DNA from: Amoebophrya sp. A120
Taxonomy: Eukaryota > Protista > Dinoflagellata
DNA: 64,000 nucleotides
Direction: 5' to 3'
NCBI GenBank assembly: GCA_905178155.1
Contig: CAJINV010000003.1
Location: forward strand, 1,999,873-2,063,872
Under the pieces are notes generated by a model. It was not told the DNA's origin and ran no database searches. It saw only the letters and a program-made list of their open reading frames with translations. Positions within the stretch are counted from its first letter, which is position 1; the number at the start of each line of letters is the position of its first letter. Positions 1 to 11,100 of this stretch are shown here, piece by piece. A program made the position numbers and the translations under genes.

Positions 1-3000
1 CTCCTTGTGGAGCTTCGTTTGACAGGTGAGAAACGCCGCTTCGCACACCTTCAGCTTGGTGCTCATGGACTCGATCTCCGCCCGCCACTTCTTCACCTGG
101 TCGCACTCCGCCTTCAACTTGCCCAAGTCGTTCTTAAACGTCGCCAACGCGTTGGTGTTGGGCGTGTTCGGTTTGTACAACTTGGAACCCGTCGTCTTCA
201 TCCAGTTTTGCGTCATGCCGCGGAGCTCCCGCGCCCGCTTCGTCATCTTCCTCGCGCGGTAGCCGCGGAAGGCCGCCTGGATTTTGATGGTTTTCTCGAG
301 TGTGGCAAACCGCACCTGCTCGTCGAGGACTTGGTGGCCCCGAAGACGGGCCATCACCTTGGTTTTTCCCATCACGTACTGGCCCTTCAACTCCGGTTGG
401 TGGAACACCTCCGGAAGGCGGTCCAGAATCAGCGTAACCACCGCCGGGTCGGGGAGCTTTTTGCCCGCTTTTTTCTCACATTCCATCCGGAGTTTCACCG
501 GAAAGCACGCACGGTATTTGCGGCAGAACTCGGCGGGCAAAGCGCGTAACGGATACCCCTGCTGCCGGATTTTCACCGCTTCCATCGCGCCGGAGAAAAT
601 CAGCTGCTCCAACACCTTCGCGCGCGTGAAAATCTTCGGATTCTTCTCGTCGTTGGGCTTGATGCACCGGACAAAATGCGGCACGGCGGAACGAATTCGC
701 TCCATTAGCGTTTTCAGCGACGCGCGGAACTGGGTTGAAACCGTCAACTTTTTCTGCTTGCCCTCTTCTTCCAGTTGCTTCCCTAAATCCCTCAGCAACT
801 CGTTCTTCGAGGTCTTCAGCACGTCCATCGCCTCGGGCGGCGGGTCGTCCGTGTTTTTTTCATGCACCCAGCCGCCGACATTGTAGGTGACCTTGCCGGC
901 GTAGTGGGTCAGCGTGAACTCCGGCGGGTCCTTGTTGAACTTGTCCGCCTCGAAGTAAGCATTCTTCTTGGTTTCCATCAGCTTCCCCAGATTGTTCATA
1001 AACGTCTTGTCCGTTTGCCGCATCCCTTTGGTGGCGTCGTCCAGTACGCTGAAGATGGAGTCCCTGGGCGCGGCAATCGTGTCCAGGATCTCCTGGTTGT
1101 CCGCGAACGTGATGCCCTCGACGGAAACCCCCTCCGCCTTGTAGTCCGCCATTTCGCGCTTGAACACGAATTCGTTGAAGTGCTGCTGCAGGTTCTCGTT
1201 GGATAAATTGATGGTGATCTGCTCCCAGGTGTTGTTGGGGAAGGACTCGAAGCCCGCGATATCCAGTAAACCCACCTCGATCTTCTTCGCGCTGCTGTTC
1301 CCGATGTCCCCGGCGACAACTTTGTTTAAGTTTTCCATCAGCCAGGCGAACAGCCGCGAGTACACCAGCGTGGCTAACCCGTTCCGCGCCTCGTTCGCCA
1401 GCTCCGGCTTCAGTTGCTTCACCGTCACGTCCTTCCCGACGATCAGCTTCTTGTTCGTGATCGCGGTCTGCAGCACCTTGTCGTCGCACTCCCAGGCGGT
1501 GGACACTTCCTTGGTCTTGTCGCAGATGGACGAATCGTTTTTCCCCGCTTTAAAACTCACGTTCCCGAGCAATAAAATGCCCGCCACCGCCTTGAACAGG
1601 TCGGCGCGCTTCTTCTCGCCGATGGTGACGTCCTCGAAGGCCGACACCACCTCGTTGTACTCGGTTTTGTCATCCACGCCGTCGGCGAGCTGGGCTCCGC
1701 TTTTCAGGTAGTTGAAGTCGCTCCACTTCGTGCCCTTCGGCAGCCCGTACTTCGCCCCGTCGGGGCCGTGCAGCAGCATGTAGAAGATGTGAAAGTTGCG
1801 CTCCAAACTGGTCTGCTTCAGCACGCGCGACTTCTCCAGCAAATAGTCCACCAGCAGCGCACCGTCGATGGAGCCCTTTTGCCCGAACATGATCGCGGTC
1901 CACTTCCCGAACCGGGACGAGTTGTTGTTCCGGGAGGTCTTCGCGTTCCCAAAAGCTTCCAAGATCGGGTTGCACTGCATGATGCGGTCCTGGATGCGGC
2001 TCTCGTTGTGCCCGGCGGAGTCCGCGAAGAACCCCAGCATGATCTTACACGCTTCGGTCTTCCCCGCCCCGGACTCTCCGGAGATCAAAATCGCCTGGTT
2101 CAAACTCTCGCGCACGCACCCCGACAGAGCGGTCTTGGCGATGGAGTACACGTGCGGGGGCTGCTCCCGGGAATCCGCCGCGTTGATGTACTTGTCCATC
2201 ACCTCGGGCGTGTCCAGGCCGAGCCGCTCGAAGGGGTGTGAAGTGTAAAAATGTCTGGGTCTGGAAGGATCCGAACTTGTGATGCGTGTTTCGGATCCTA
2301 CAAGAAAGATCTGTGATGCATAAACGTGCAAAAGCTGCCCACTTCTGGACTTGCAGAGAGGGCATTTCTCATGCAGAATACGCATCAGCAAGGAGCTGCA
2401 GAACCTGTGATGCTAGGCCCTGCATTCCAGACGTGGGGGAGCTTGGAAAAACTGCATGACAAATCTCGGAGTCTCCCAGAGGGCGCAGACATTCTTGCAT
2501 TTGATAAGGGGTTGCAGGAGACGATAATTTGGTCGATCATCGTGTAGATCTCCCCCTTCCCGTACCTATGCATTGCAAAAGTATCGTACTAGTAGTAATT
2601 GCATTCATGCATTACAAATTTTTTTCTTAAGGTAAATCCGCATGACAAATTTTATTTCTGATGCTGGGGAAATTTGTATTGCATTTATACGAGTACGATA
2701 CTTTTGCAATGCATAGTACCGGGTTTCCAACGACTGCAGCACCGCGGCGTTCACCACGGACCGCAGCTGACACACGTATGAGAGTGCACAACTCCCCCTC
2801 CCACTCATTTGTATTGCATGAACAGCAATAAAAACACCAGTACACGTGGAGCCTGCGCATGACAAATTCATGTAGTACTCCTGTTTGGGCTTCCGGAATC
2901 TGTCATGCAAACAGTGCTAAAGGGAAGCACTTGGATTTCCGGTTTTGCATGACAAATGAGGGAGAGGGAAATTTGTGCACTCTCATAACACGTCGGGTAA

Positions 3001-3446
3001 GCCCATTAAATGGTCGTCCTCCACGTCCGCGACCTTGGTGATCTCGTCCGCGGTCAGCCACACCACCTCCTCATATGCATTGCAAAAATGTCTGGGTCTG
3101 GAAAAAGTGATCTTGTGATGCTGGCCTTACATTCCAAGAAAATCTGTATTGCATGACTAACAAACGCACAGCGTTCTTTGTGATGCAAAAACGCAGTTTG
3201 TCGTGCGCGCTACGTATGAGACAGCGTTGCAGGAACTTGTCATGCTTGGCTGCATTCGAAAGCGTTTCAGTCATCCACAGTTCAGCATCACAAGTTTCCA
3301 GACCCAGACATATTTGCATGTGATACCTGACTCGCGTTCTCGATCTGGTAGCCGCGGACCTTCTTGCCCTTCATGTCCTTAGTCTGCCCCGTGTCCTTCG
3401 CCATCACATACCCCTCGACGGGGTGTGGAATCCACTGCTTCAACAT
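1..3446 (-). CDS. Myosin heavy chain, copy 1 (5' part; runs off the window start); 4 MITE-like introns in the N-terminal region
   Basis: Removing the TIR/TSD inserts gives MLKQWIPHPVEGYV...GLPDVCQL...YGKGEIYTMIDQIIVSCNPFERL, then GESGAGKT, NNNSSRFGK, LLDIAGFE, FVRCIKPN and the IQ motif IQAAFRGY. Confidence 0.95.
2237..2506. mobile_element. MITE-like intron (introner), TIR type A; also at 12227-12493 and 22214-22480
   Basis: 5-bp TSD agggg; imperfect TIR ...aaaa(a/g)tgtctgggtctgg / ccagacccagacattttt (clearest in copies 2 and 3); removal restores VSCNPFERL. Confidence 0.92.
2567..2715. mobile_element. MITE-like intron, TIR type B; also at 12554-12702 and 22541-22689
   Basis: TSD gtacc; perfect 24-bp TIR tatgcattgcaaaagtatcgtact; removal restores LETRYGKGEIY. 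Confidence 0.95.
2777..2987. mobile_element. MITE-like intron, TIR type C; also at 12764-12974; absent from copy 3
   Basis: TSD acacg; TIR tatgagagtgcacaa; empty site with a single acacg at 22746-22750. Confidence 0.96.
3074..3325. mobile_element. MITE-like intron, TIR type A; also at 13061-13312 and, diverged, at 23143-23400
   Basis: TSD cctca/cctga (perfect cctga in copy 3); TIR tatgcattgcaaaaatgtctgggtctggaa; removal restores ENASQEVVW. Confidence 0.93.
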
Positions 3447-4612
3447 CTTGCTTCTTCGCGAGGAGGGCGGGCGGGGGGGCTGAAACTAACTAAAGGAAGC
3501 GTAAAAGTGAATGGTCAAACTTTTTTGGAAAATAACCAGTTTGATGTTACAACTTAGAACTTAAAAGCGCTTAAAGTAAACGTGCTTTTTGTCGGTCTCG
3601 TCAAAAATACCGGCAGCGCCATGGTGCACGTGGGTCGTGATCATCATGGAACAAATAAAAATATTTCATTTGCATTTGGGACAGTAAAACAATCATGTAG
3701 CACAGGGTATCGAATTGGGATGATGGGTGTCACAGTGGCGTTTGGCTTGCTAGGCCACTGTTGCAAATGAGAGAATGAACGTAAATAAAATCTGAGTATA
3801 TATAACTTGCTCTACCGTGATGCCGGCTGAAAAAGAGCGAGCAGTGGCTGTGGCGCCTAGGTGCACGATGAAGTAGCAGACGTTTCTTATCAACAAGCAC
3901 GAGTTGCAGGACGAGTCAAAAAGCACAGCACGATACCGACTCAGATTGTTATTAGTCACTTTCTGCTGGGATGTTCTTGATCAGTACGACTGCAGACCGA
4001 CAATTTTAGTCTTGCCTTTGGCTTTGCGCCATGGTCATTCACATAGTACAACCGATTTTGATTTATAATTAACCACTGCCTGGATTGCAAACAAAGAGTA
4101 GTTCATTTTCATAGAGGGACCGAATTTCACGAATGAAATACTGGAGAAGCGCCAGAAAATGAGAATAGATGCGAACGCCAATGGTCTCCCATTTCGGAAG
4201 ATCATAGGCACTCGCCACTTGAGAAAGCGCTTGATTTAGATAAAGCCTTTAGTGCAATTAGAAACGTCGCGTCGCTCAATCCTTATTTCTCCGCATATTT
4301 CCGTCCATGAGGACATGCATCATGCTACTTGCGATTGCGCATCATGAGTTAAATACCTGCACTGTTACTCTCGCATCATCAGATATGCATCTTTAGGTGT
4401 AGCAAGTATTCGTGTCAAACGATAGTCGGCACTCGAATAAATCAATGCACATATTATCAGTAATTTTCTTGTGGCCCGCATGCAGCTCGGTCCTGAAACA
4501 AGGCAAACAGCATCACAAACAAAGCTCGATGTACAATCACAAGTCAAATTGTTGAAGCCTTCAGCAAGCAAGTTCGCCCGGAAACAGGGCGCACCCCAAA
4601 AAAACAAAACTG

Positions 4613-7600
4613 AATGAAGTCTCCGACTGATATCATTTGACAAAGATTGCCCCAGGGTGCAACGTGCAGAGCCTGAGACGGACATTGTCCAATGATATAG
4701 AGCCCGGCGAGGCAGTATCGCCTACGCAGGCCCGCGTCGTGCGCGACATGTGGATCGACAGCGGAGATCTAGATCGCAAATTCGCAAACTCACACTCTGA
4801 TCGAACCAACGCAAGGATACAAGTGGCGCTGCTCACTCAACCACCACCTTTGCGGGGCGATACAGTCCTGGCCGACACTCTAGCTAACTAACGACGAACA
4901 ACAACAACGAAGCTTTTTTCTTGTCTCGTCACCTGGCGAAGCCAACCCTTGCAAGCTTTTGAAGGGAGGGAGCGGACGGGTCTTTTCAAAACTTGCAGCG
5001 GAGCCACGCCTTTCCTGCAGGCGACGGCTCGAACTCAATAGTTTCCATCTCAAGTAGCTACTTTTTTCGGGCTTTTGAGGTACTCGCAAAGGGGAGGTGG
5101 CGCACACTAACTCACCTCGACTTTCACCGCGAAAGCCGTGCGGCCCCACATACAAAAAGATCGCCGCGCTCTCAGGATGGAAGCTAGCTAGGAAGTGAAC
5201 ACCAACAGCAGAACCGTCTGTAGCTAATTCTTGTGCCAACCAGAATTAGCTAGGGCGCACTAGAAATCTTTTTCAGTCTTCGTATCCTTTCCTGCGTCTA
5301 CGATTTCACTCTGGATCAACGTATTGCGCATGCTCAGATCCTTAATGAAATCTCCGACTGATATCATTTGACAAAGATTGTCCCAGGGTGCAACGTGCAG
5401 AGCCTGAGACGGACACTGTCCAATGATATAGAGCTCGGCGAGGCAGTATCGCCTACGCAGGCCCGCGTCGTGCGCGACATGTGGATCGACAGCGGTGATC
5501 TAGATCGCAAATTCGCAAAATGCGTAACATCCACCACTTCCGATCCTGAGAACAGCGAAGCTTTTTGAAGGGTGCACCCCTGCCCTAAACACTTCACTAC
5601 TGTGAAGCGGCGTAGCCCTTTGCGGAAATGAAAACCAGAGGCAGCAATTGGTCGACCCACTGAAGTCAATTAGTTGTCCTCAGCAAAGTCGAAGATTTTG
5701 GCCAAACCATTTTTCCAGGTGCGAGACACTCTAACCGCGAACGATTCTAGTTTTGCTAGATAATCGCTCCAGTTGCCGCCAGCGCGACAGCATCCTATGC
5801 GCGCGGGGAAACCGATGATGGCTGTAGCTTCTTCGTTCGGGAGTCGATGTTTCAATTTTTCAAAGAAATCGCCGAGCGCCTGTTGGAACCACGCCAACCG
5901 CTTTGCCTGCGTTTCCGCATTACCCTGCTGGTTCTTCGGCGGTAGCCCTGGCTTGTGTTGGCCATACAAGTTTGCTACTAACTTGCTTGCACGGGTTGAA
6001 ACCTTTCGCAGATCCGCCGTGCCCGGGACTCTTTTGTAGGACTTCGCGCACGTGTTTGCTGGTGGATATTTGAAAAGTATCTTCTTCGCTATACCTTCCG
6101 CTTTTCCTATGGTCAGGCAGTTTGTCTGGTGCGCGATCACATTCATGTTGTCTGCTAGAATTGATCCCCGCACATGCACCAGCGGCACTCTTTCCGGCTT
6201 TACTTTCTGGCTTGCTTTTCTCTTCGGCTTCTCCAACAGTGCCAAGGTACTTTCCGAGTACCCTTCGCACTTTGTCTGCAGACTTTGCGCTGGCACTGTG
6301 CTCAGCACCAGATAGGTGTCGTCTGTTGGCGGTAGGTCTACCCAGCTTGCTCCTTTCCATACTTGGAATATCGATTTATTCTTCTGGAATCTGCTCACCG
6401 TGTGAAACTTCGAATGCAAATAAGCAAGCCTGCTTTTGTATTTTGGAACTAAAACCAACGCCCGGGGGCGCTGTGCTTCCGGGACTTTCATGTAGTCCAC
6501 CAATTTCTTGAGGACCGGCATAATTGCAAAGCTGCCTGGATGCCACCAACTCAATTCCAGCGCCATTTCGTGGTCTGTGGTCTGGTACGCGTCCGTGATG
6601 TGGTTTTTGAAATAATCCACCAGTCTGCTGTGACCCTCACGATCACGCATCGCGTCCACTGTTGGCGTGATTTTCAGCCTTGAGCATACCGACGACAACG
6701 CTTCTGGTTTTAGTCGTTTGCTCGGGTTCTGGTCGTACAGCGTACTGCTGAGCTGTAGTCGGCTGATCGCGTCTGCTATCACATTATGCTTGCCCCGCAC
6801 ATGTTGCGCCAGCATTTTTATTCCCAACCTGTTTTGCATCAACTTGATGGCCTTGGCTTTTTCTGCGAGCCACTGTTTCCGCCCGGTCCCAAAGTTGATG
6901 TAGTGCATGGCACTGGTATTGTCTGTCCGCAGAAGGATAATTCTGCCCGCAAAACGTTCGCCGTATTTTTTTAGCCATTCTGCGACTGTGGTCAGATCCC
7001 TTTTGTTGGAGTGTCTTTGGTCGATTTCTTCGCTGAAGTCGCCCTCGTGCCGCACTTCGTCCCCGTCCGCCGTCAGCCCCCAATGAAACCCGCTAGCATC
7101 ACTTGTGACGATCATGAAAGAGGCGGGATCAATATCTTGGAAGATTTCGGGATGATCAAGCAATTCCGGAGTAAACAGGAAAGATAAGCCCTCGGTCGTG
7201 GAAAAGATGGGGATAAAAGGATCGTCTTTGAGGACTTGAAGCCACCAAGAAAAATCTGCTATGACCGCAGCGGAGAGCTGGGGAGATGGACTGAAAGACT
7301 TGCGTCCTTTGGTCCATGCAGCGATAGCCCCCGAATCCCCAAGCAAGTCGTAAGCGTTCCGCAGAAATGCGCGCCCAGCCGAGACAACAAAGGAGATGAA
7401 GTTCAACTTTCCTACTATCGACGCCAGATCTTTTGCGTTCGTTGATAATCCGTTCGCGGCCTCTTGCAAGCATTTTCTAATGCTGCAATATACTTTTCGC
7501 GTTGTTCTGGGTCCACGTAAATCCGCATCTTGATGGCGTTGATCATGAACCCTATCCAGCAGATGCACTGCGTCGGATAAGTCATCTTATCCAGCTTATC

Positions 7601-8178
7601 CGCCCGGAATCCATGTAAAACCAATCCTGGAACGAAGGAAAAGGCGCGAAGTTTTAGAGGCACGAAGGTCGTCCCCTTACCGCTCACGCGTCGGATTTCG
7701 GAGGCGGCTTCGCAACACTCAGGGGCTTCCGACCGAAGATGACGAATAAATAGCTGAGAACAGTTTAACCGGGACTGGCAGCGACGCACACTGTGTGCAA
7801 ACATTACACAAGATGCACACTGCGCGCAAGCGGGAACTAAAGTGGCAAACACATCTTGCGTTGCGGGCCTTCTGGCCACATGCGTTCTAGCATGCTAAAC
7901 TTTTGGACGTGATGTCTTTCATTACGTCCCAACTGAGCCCAAGCAGCGAAAGAGGCTGTCGCGTCGACGACTTACTTTGGCTAACCGAAATCCTACAGCC
8001 TTACCGCACGGCGCGTCGGATTTCGTGCCGTAATCACTCAAGCTAACGAGGTCTTTCAGCCTTTAACTTAGTCCTTTCTATCCTATACTAATAGCTACTT
8101 TTTTCGGACTTTTGAGGTACTCGCAAAGGGGAGGTGGCGTACACTAACTCACCTCGACTTTCACCGCGAAAGCCGTGC
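4613..8178 (-). mobile_element. Defective DIRS-order (tyrosine-recombinase class) retrotransposon with split direct repeats, copy 1
   Basis: Minus-strand order A1(8178-8092)-pol-B1(5519-5344)-A2(5141-5055)-B2(4788-4613); A match 87 bp, B 176 bp; DIRS-like RNase H; empty site at 24661-24670. No gag, RT YxDD or recombinase is visible. Confidence 0.88.
5670..7620 (-). pseudogene. Retroelement pol remnant: RT C-terminus (frameshifted near 7450), RNase H, Dam-like MTase region, macrodomain
   Basis: PTQCICWIGFMIN in one frame, continuing in another as LASIVGKLNF...GRAFLR; RNase H motifs TSDASGFHWG, LRTDNTSA, HVRGKHNVIADAISR; PTVDAM..WWHPG..LVLVP; macrodomain motifs GSIL..IAHQTNC..GIAK..NLYGQ..FPARIGCCRAGGNW. 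Confidence 0.87.
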
Positions 8179-11100
8179 TGCAACTTCATTGTTGCTATTC
8201 GCGCCCGTCGCCGCCGCGGCCTCGGCGGCGGCCTTCTCCCCCGCGGCCGGCGGCGGTGCGGTCTTGGCCATCGTGTCCATGCACTGCGTGGCCATGGTCA
8301 GCAATTCCTTCTTTTCGGGCAGCTCCTTCTCGAACTTCTGTTTGGACTTGACCAGAAAAGCCCGCACGTACTCAATGAAGTCGGGCGTGGGGATGGCGTG
8401 CTGGAAGATGAAGGCGAGCAGCTTCCACCCTAAGAGCTGGGACCGCAGCCCCGGGTTGTGGGTGAGCTGCTTGATCACCTGCGCGTACATCTCGTTGGTC
8501 AGCGCCGCCTCGGACCGCGCCTTCCACACGATCGCGTACAACAGCGGCACGCGCCGCTTCTCGTCCACGGGGTGGTCCGTCATCCAACCGAGCACGTTTC
8601 GGTAGGCCGCGGTAGCGGTGGAGTTCATGCTGGCGTCCCCGATGTTCGTCAACGGGGCGGACAGCTTATTCTTGCTCCACGCGAACGTGCCCCCGGGCTC
8701 GCACGGAAGAATCTTATTCCCGTCCGGACCCGTGATGGGCTTTACCACATCCGTGTTGATGCAGGGGGCCTTGCTCATGTCACCGTACAACGCCATCACC
8801 ATGTCGAGGTTACCCGACGCCACTTTACCGTCCCTGGGGTTGATGTTGATGCGTGTTTATTCAGATATAGAAGAGTGCACATGATCAGCGATCGAGTTTT
8901 CAAAATTCAAACGCACTGGAACTGGTGCCGGCCTAGATGCGAGACGAGCCGTTTCCGTTTGTTTCTACAACAGTGCATCTGCATGTATGACTAGAATACA
9001 ATTAGCATATGCAAACAGAAACACTTTAGGAAACACGGGGAAAAAACACCAGAAGTGATTAATACCTTTGGAACAGGGACCCACGTCGAATATGGGCGAT
9101 GCGCGAAGCGTTTTCCGCCTTTGTGAGAAGATCGGCGTCGACGCCCGCATCTTGTCCGGCAAGAGCTAAATTCGCGACCTTGGTGGCCAGGCCGTGAAAA
9201 TCTTTCTTGGCTTCCAGGGTTTTCAGACAGGAATGCAGCTGTTCCTCGATCCACCCGGGGTCCATAAGCTTCGTCAACATTTCTCGCGCAGGCTTCAGAT
9301 CGTTGGCGTCCACCTGTCCATTCGCCACGCACGTTGACAGGGACGCTTGGATCCCCCGCTTGTCGCAATTGTTGATGGCCGCCGTCAGCAACTTTACGAG
9401 CTCCTTGGGAGAATCGTGCTTCAACTCGTGCTTCTCGAGCTTCTCCTCGTCCAACTTGCTCTTCAGCCGCTCCCACTGGGCTTGCAGCTTCACAAATTTC
9501 GCGCCCGCCTGCTCGTCCAACCAATCGGACTGGTTTTTTAACCCCTTCTGGGTAGCCTATGCGTCAGAGAAAATAAAAACTTTCACTTTGTTTTAATTGA
9601 AAAGAAAAACCTCATTAGGCTGAGGCTAGCTCTAGCAGGTGAAGACTGCAGCAGAAGCAAAATCACATAACGCTATGAAAGCATGCTACCACGAAACAAG
9701 TTGACAGGAAGAACGAGCTAAAAGTCGAAGAAACTTTTATTTACCTGCTCCACGACGTGCTGCAGCCGCTTGCATGCGTCGAGGTCCGACGGGCTTGGGT
9801 CGGTTCGGTCGGACAGACCGGCCATGGCGGTGATCAGCGGCAGCTGCACGGAGAGCATGTCGAGCCGGACCGCCAGGCGCTTGGCCACTTCGTCCTCGAT
9901 TGCCAGATTGGTCAGCTGGGAGACCGCGGTCTGCAACTGATCCAAATCGACCGTCTTCAGCAATGCGTTCATGTCCTTGTAGACTTCGTACTCCTTGTGG
10001 AGCTTCGTTTGACAGGTGAGAAACGCCGCTTCGCACACCTTCAGCTTGGTGCTCATGGACTCGATCTCCGCCCGCCACTTCTTCACCTGGTCGCACTCCG
10101 CCTTCAACTTGCCCAAGTCGTTCTTAAACGTCGCCAACGCGTTGGTGTTGGGCGTGTTCGGTTTGTACAACTTGGAACCCGTCGTCTTCATCCAGTTTTG
10201 CGTCATGCCGCGGAGCTCCCGCGCCCGCTTCGTCATCTTCCTCGCGCGGTAGCCGCGGAAGGCCGCCTGGATTTTGATGGTTTTCTCGAGTGTGGCAAAC
10301 CGCACCTGCTCGTCGAGGACTTGGTGGCCCCGAAGACGGGCCATCACCTTGGTTTTTCCCATCACGTACTGGCCCTTCAACTCCGGTTGGTGGAACACCT
10401 CCGGAAGGCGGTCCAGAATCAGCGTAACCACCGCCGGGTCGGGGAGCTTTTTGCCCGCTTTTTTCTCACATTCCATCCGGAGTTTCACCGGAAAGCACGC
10501 ACGGTATTTGCGGCAGAACTCGGCGGGCAAAGCGCGTAACGGATACCCCTGCTGCCGGATTTTCACCGCTTCCATCGCGCCGGAGAAAATCAGCTGCTCC
10601 AACACCTTCGCGCGCGTGAAAATCTTCGGCTTCTTCTCGTCGTTGGGCTTGATGCACCGGACAAAGTGCGGCACGGCGGAACGAATTCGCTCCATTAGCG
10701 TTTTCAGCGACGCGCGGAACTGGGTTGATACCGTCAACTTTTTCTGCTTGCCCTCTTCTTCCAGTTGCTTCCCTAAATCCCTCAGCAACTCGTTCTTCGA
10801 GGTCTTCAGCACGTCCATCGCCTCGGGCGGCGGGTCGTCCGTGTTTTTTTCATGCACCCAGCCGCCGACATTGTAGGTGACCTTGCCGGCGTAGTGGGTC
10901 AGCGTGAACTCCGGCGGGTCCTTGTTGAACTTGTCCGCCTCGAAGTAAGCATTCTTCTTGGTTTCCATCAGCTTCCCCAGATTGTTCATAAACGTCTTGT
11001 CCGTTTGCCGCATCCCTTTGGTGGCGTCGTCCAGTACGCTGAAGATGGAGTCCCTGGGCGCGGCAATCGTGTCCAGGATCTCCTGGTTGTCCGCGAACGT

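Noticed and set aside
7-2248. Long plus-strand ORFs over the myosin genes (and similarly over NAP, DHHC and MDH)
   Set aside because: Antisense shadows of GC3-rich coding sequence; no recognisable domains.
4613-5519. 176-bp direct repeats read as LTRs of a small LTR element
   Set aside because: No TG...CA ends, TSD or PBS; interleaving with the A repeat fits a split-direct-repeat DIRS-order element.
8183-8190. 8-bp inverted match (acttcatt) to the element's other end (aatgaagt at 4613) as a TIR
   Set aside because: Too short, lies in myosin coding frame outside the A-repeat match; likely chance.
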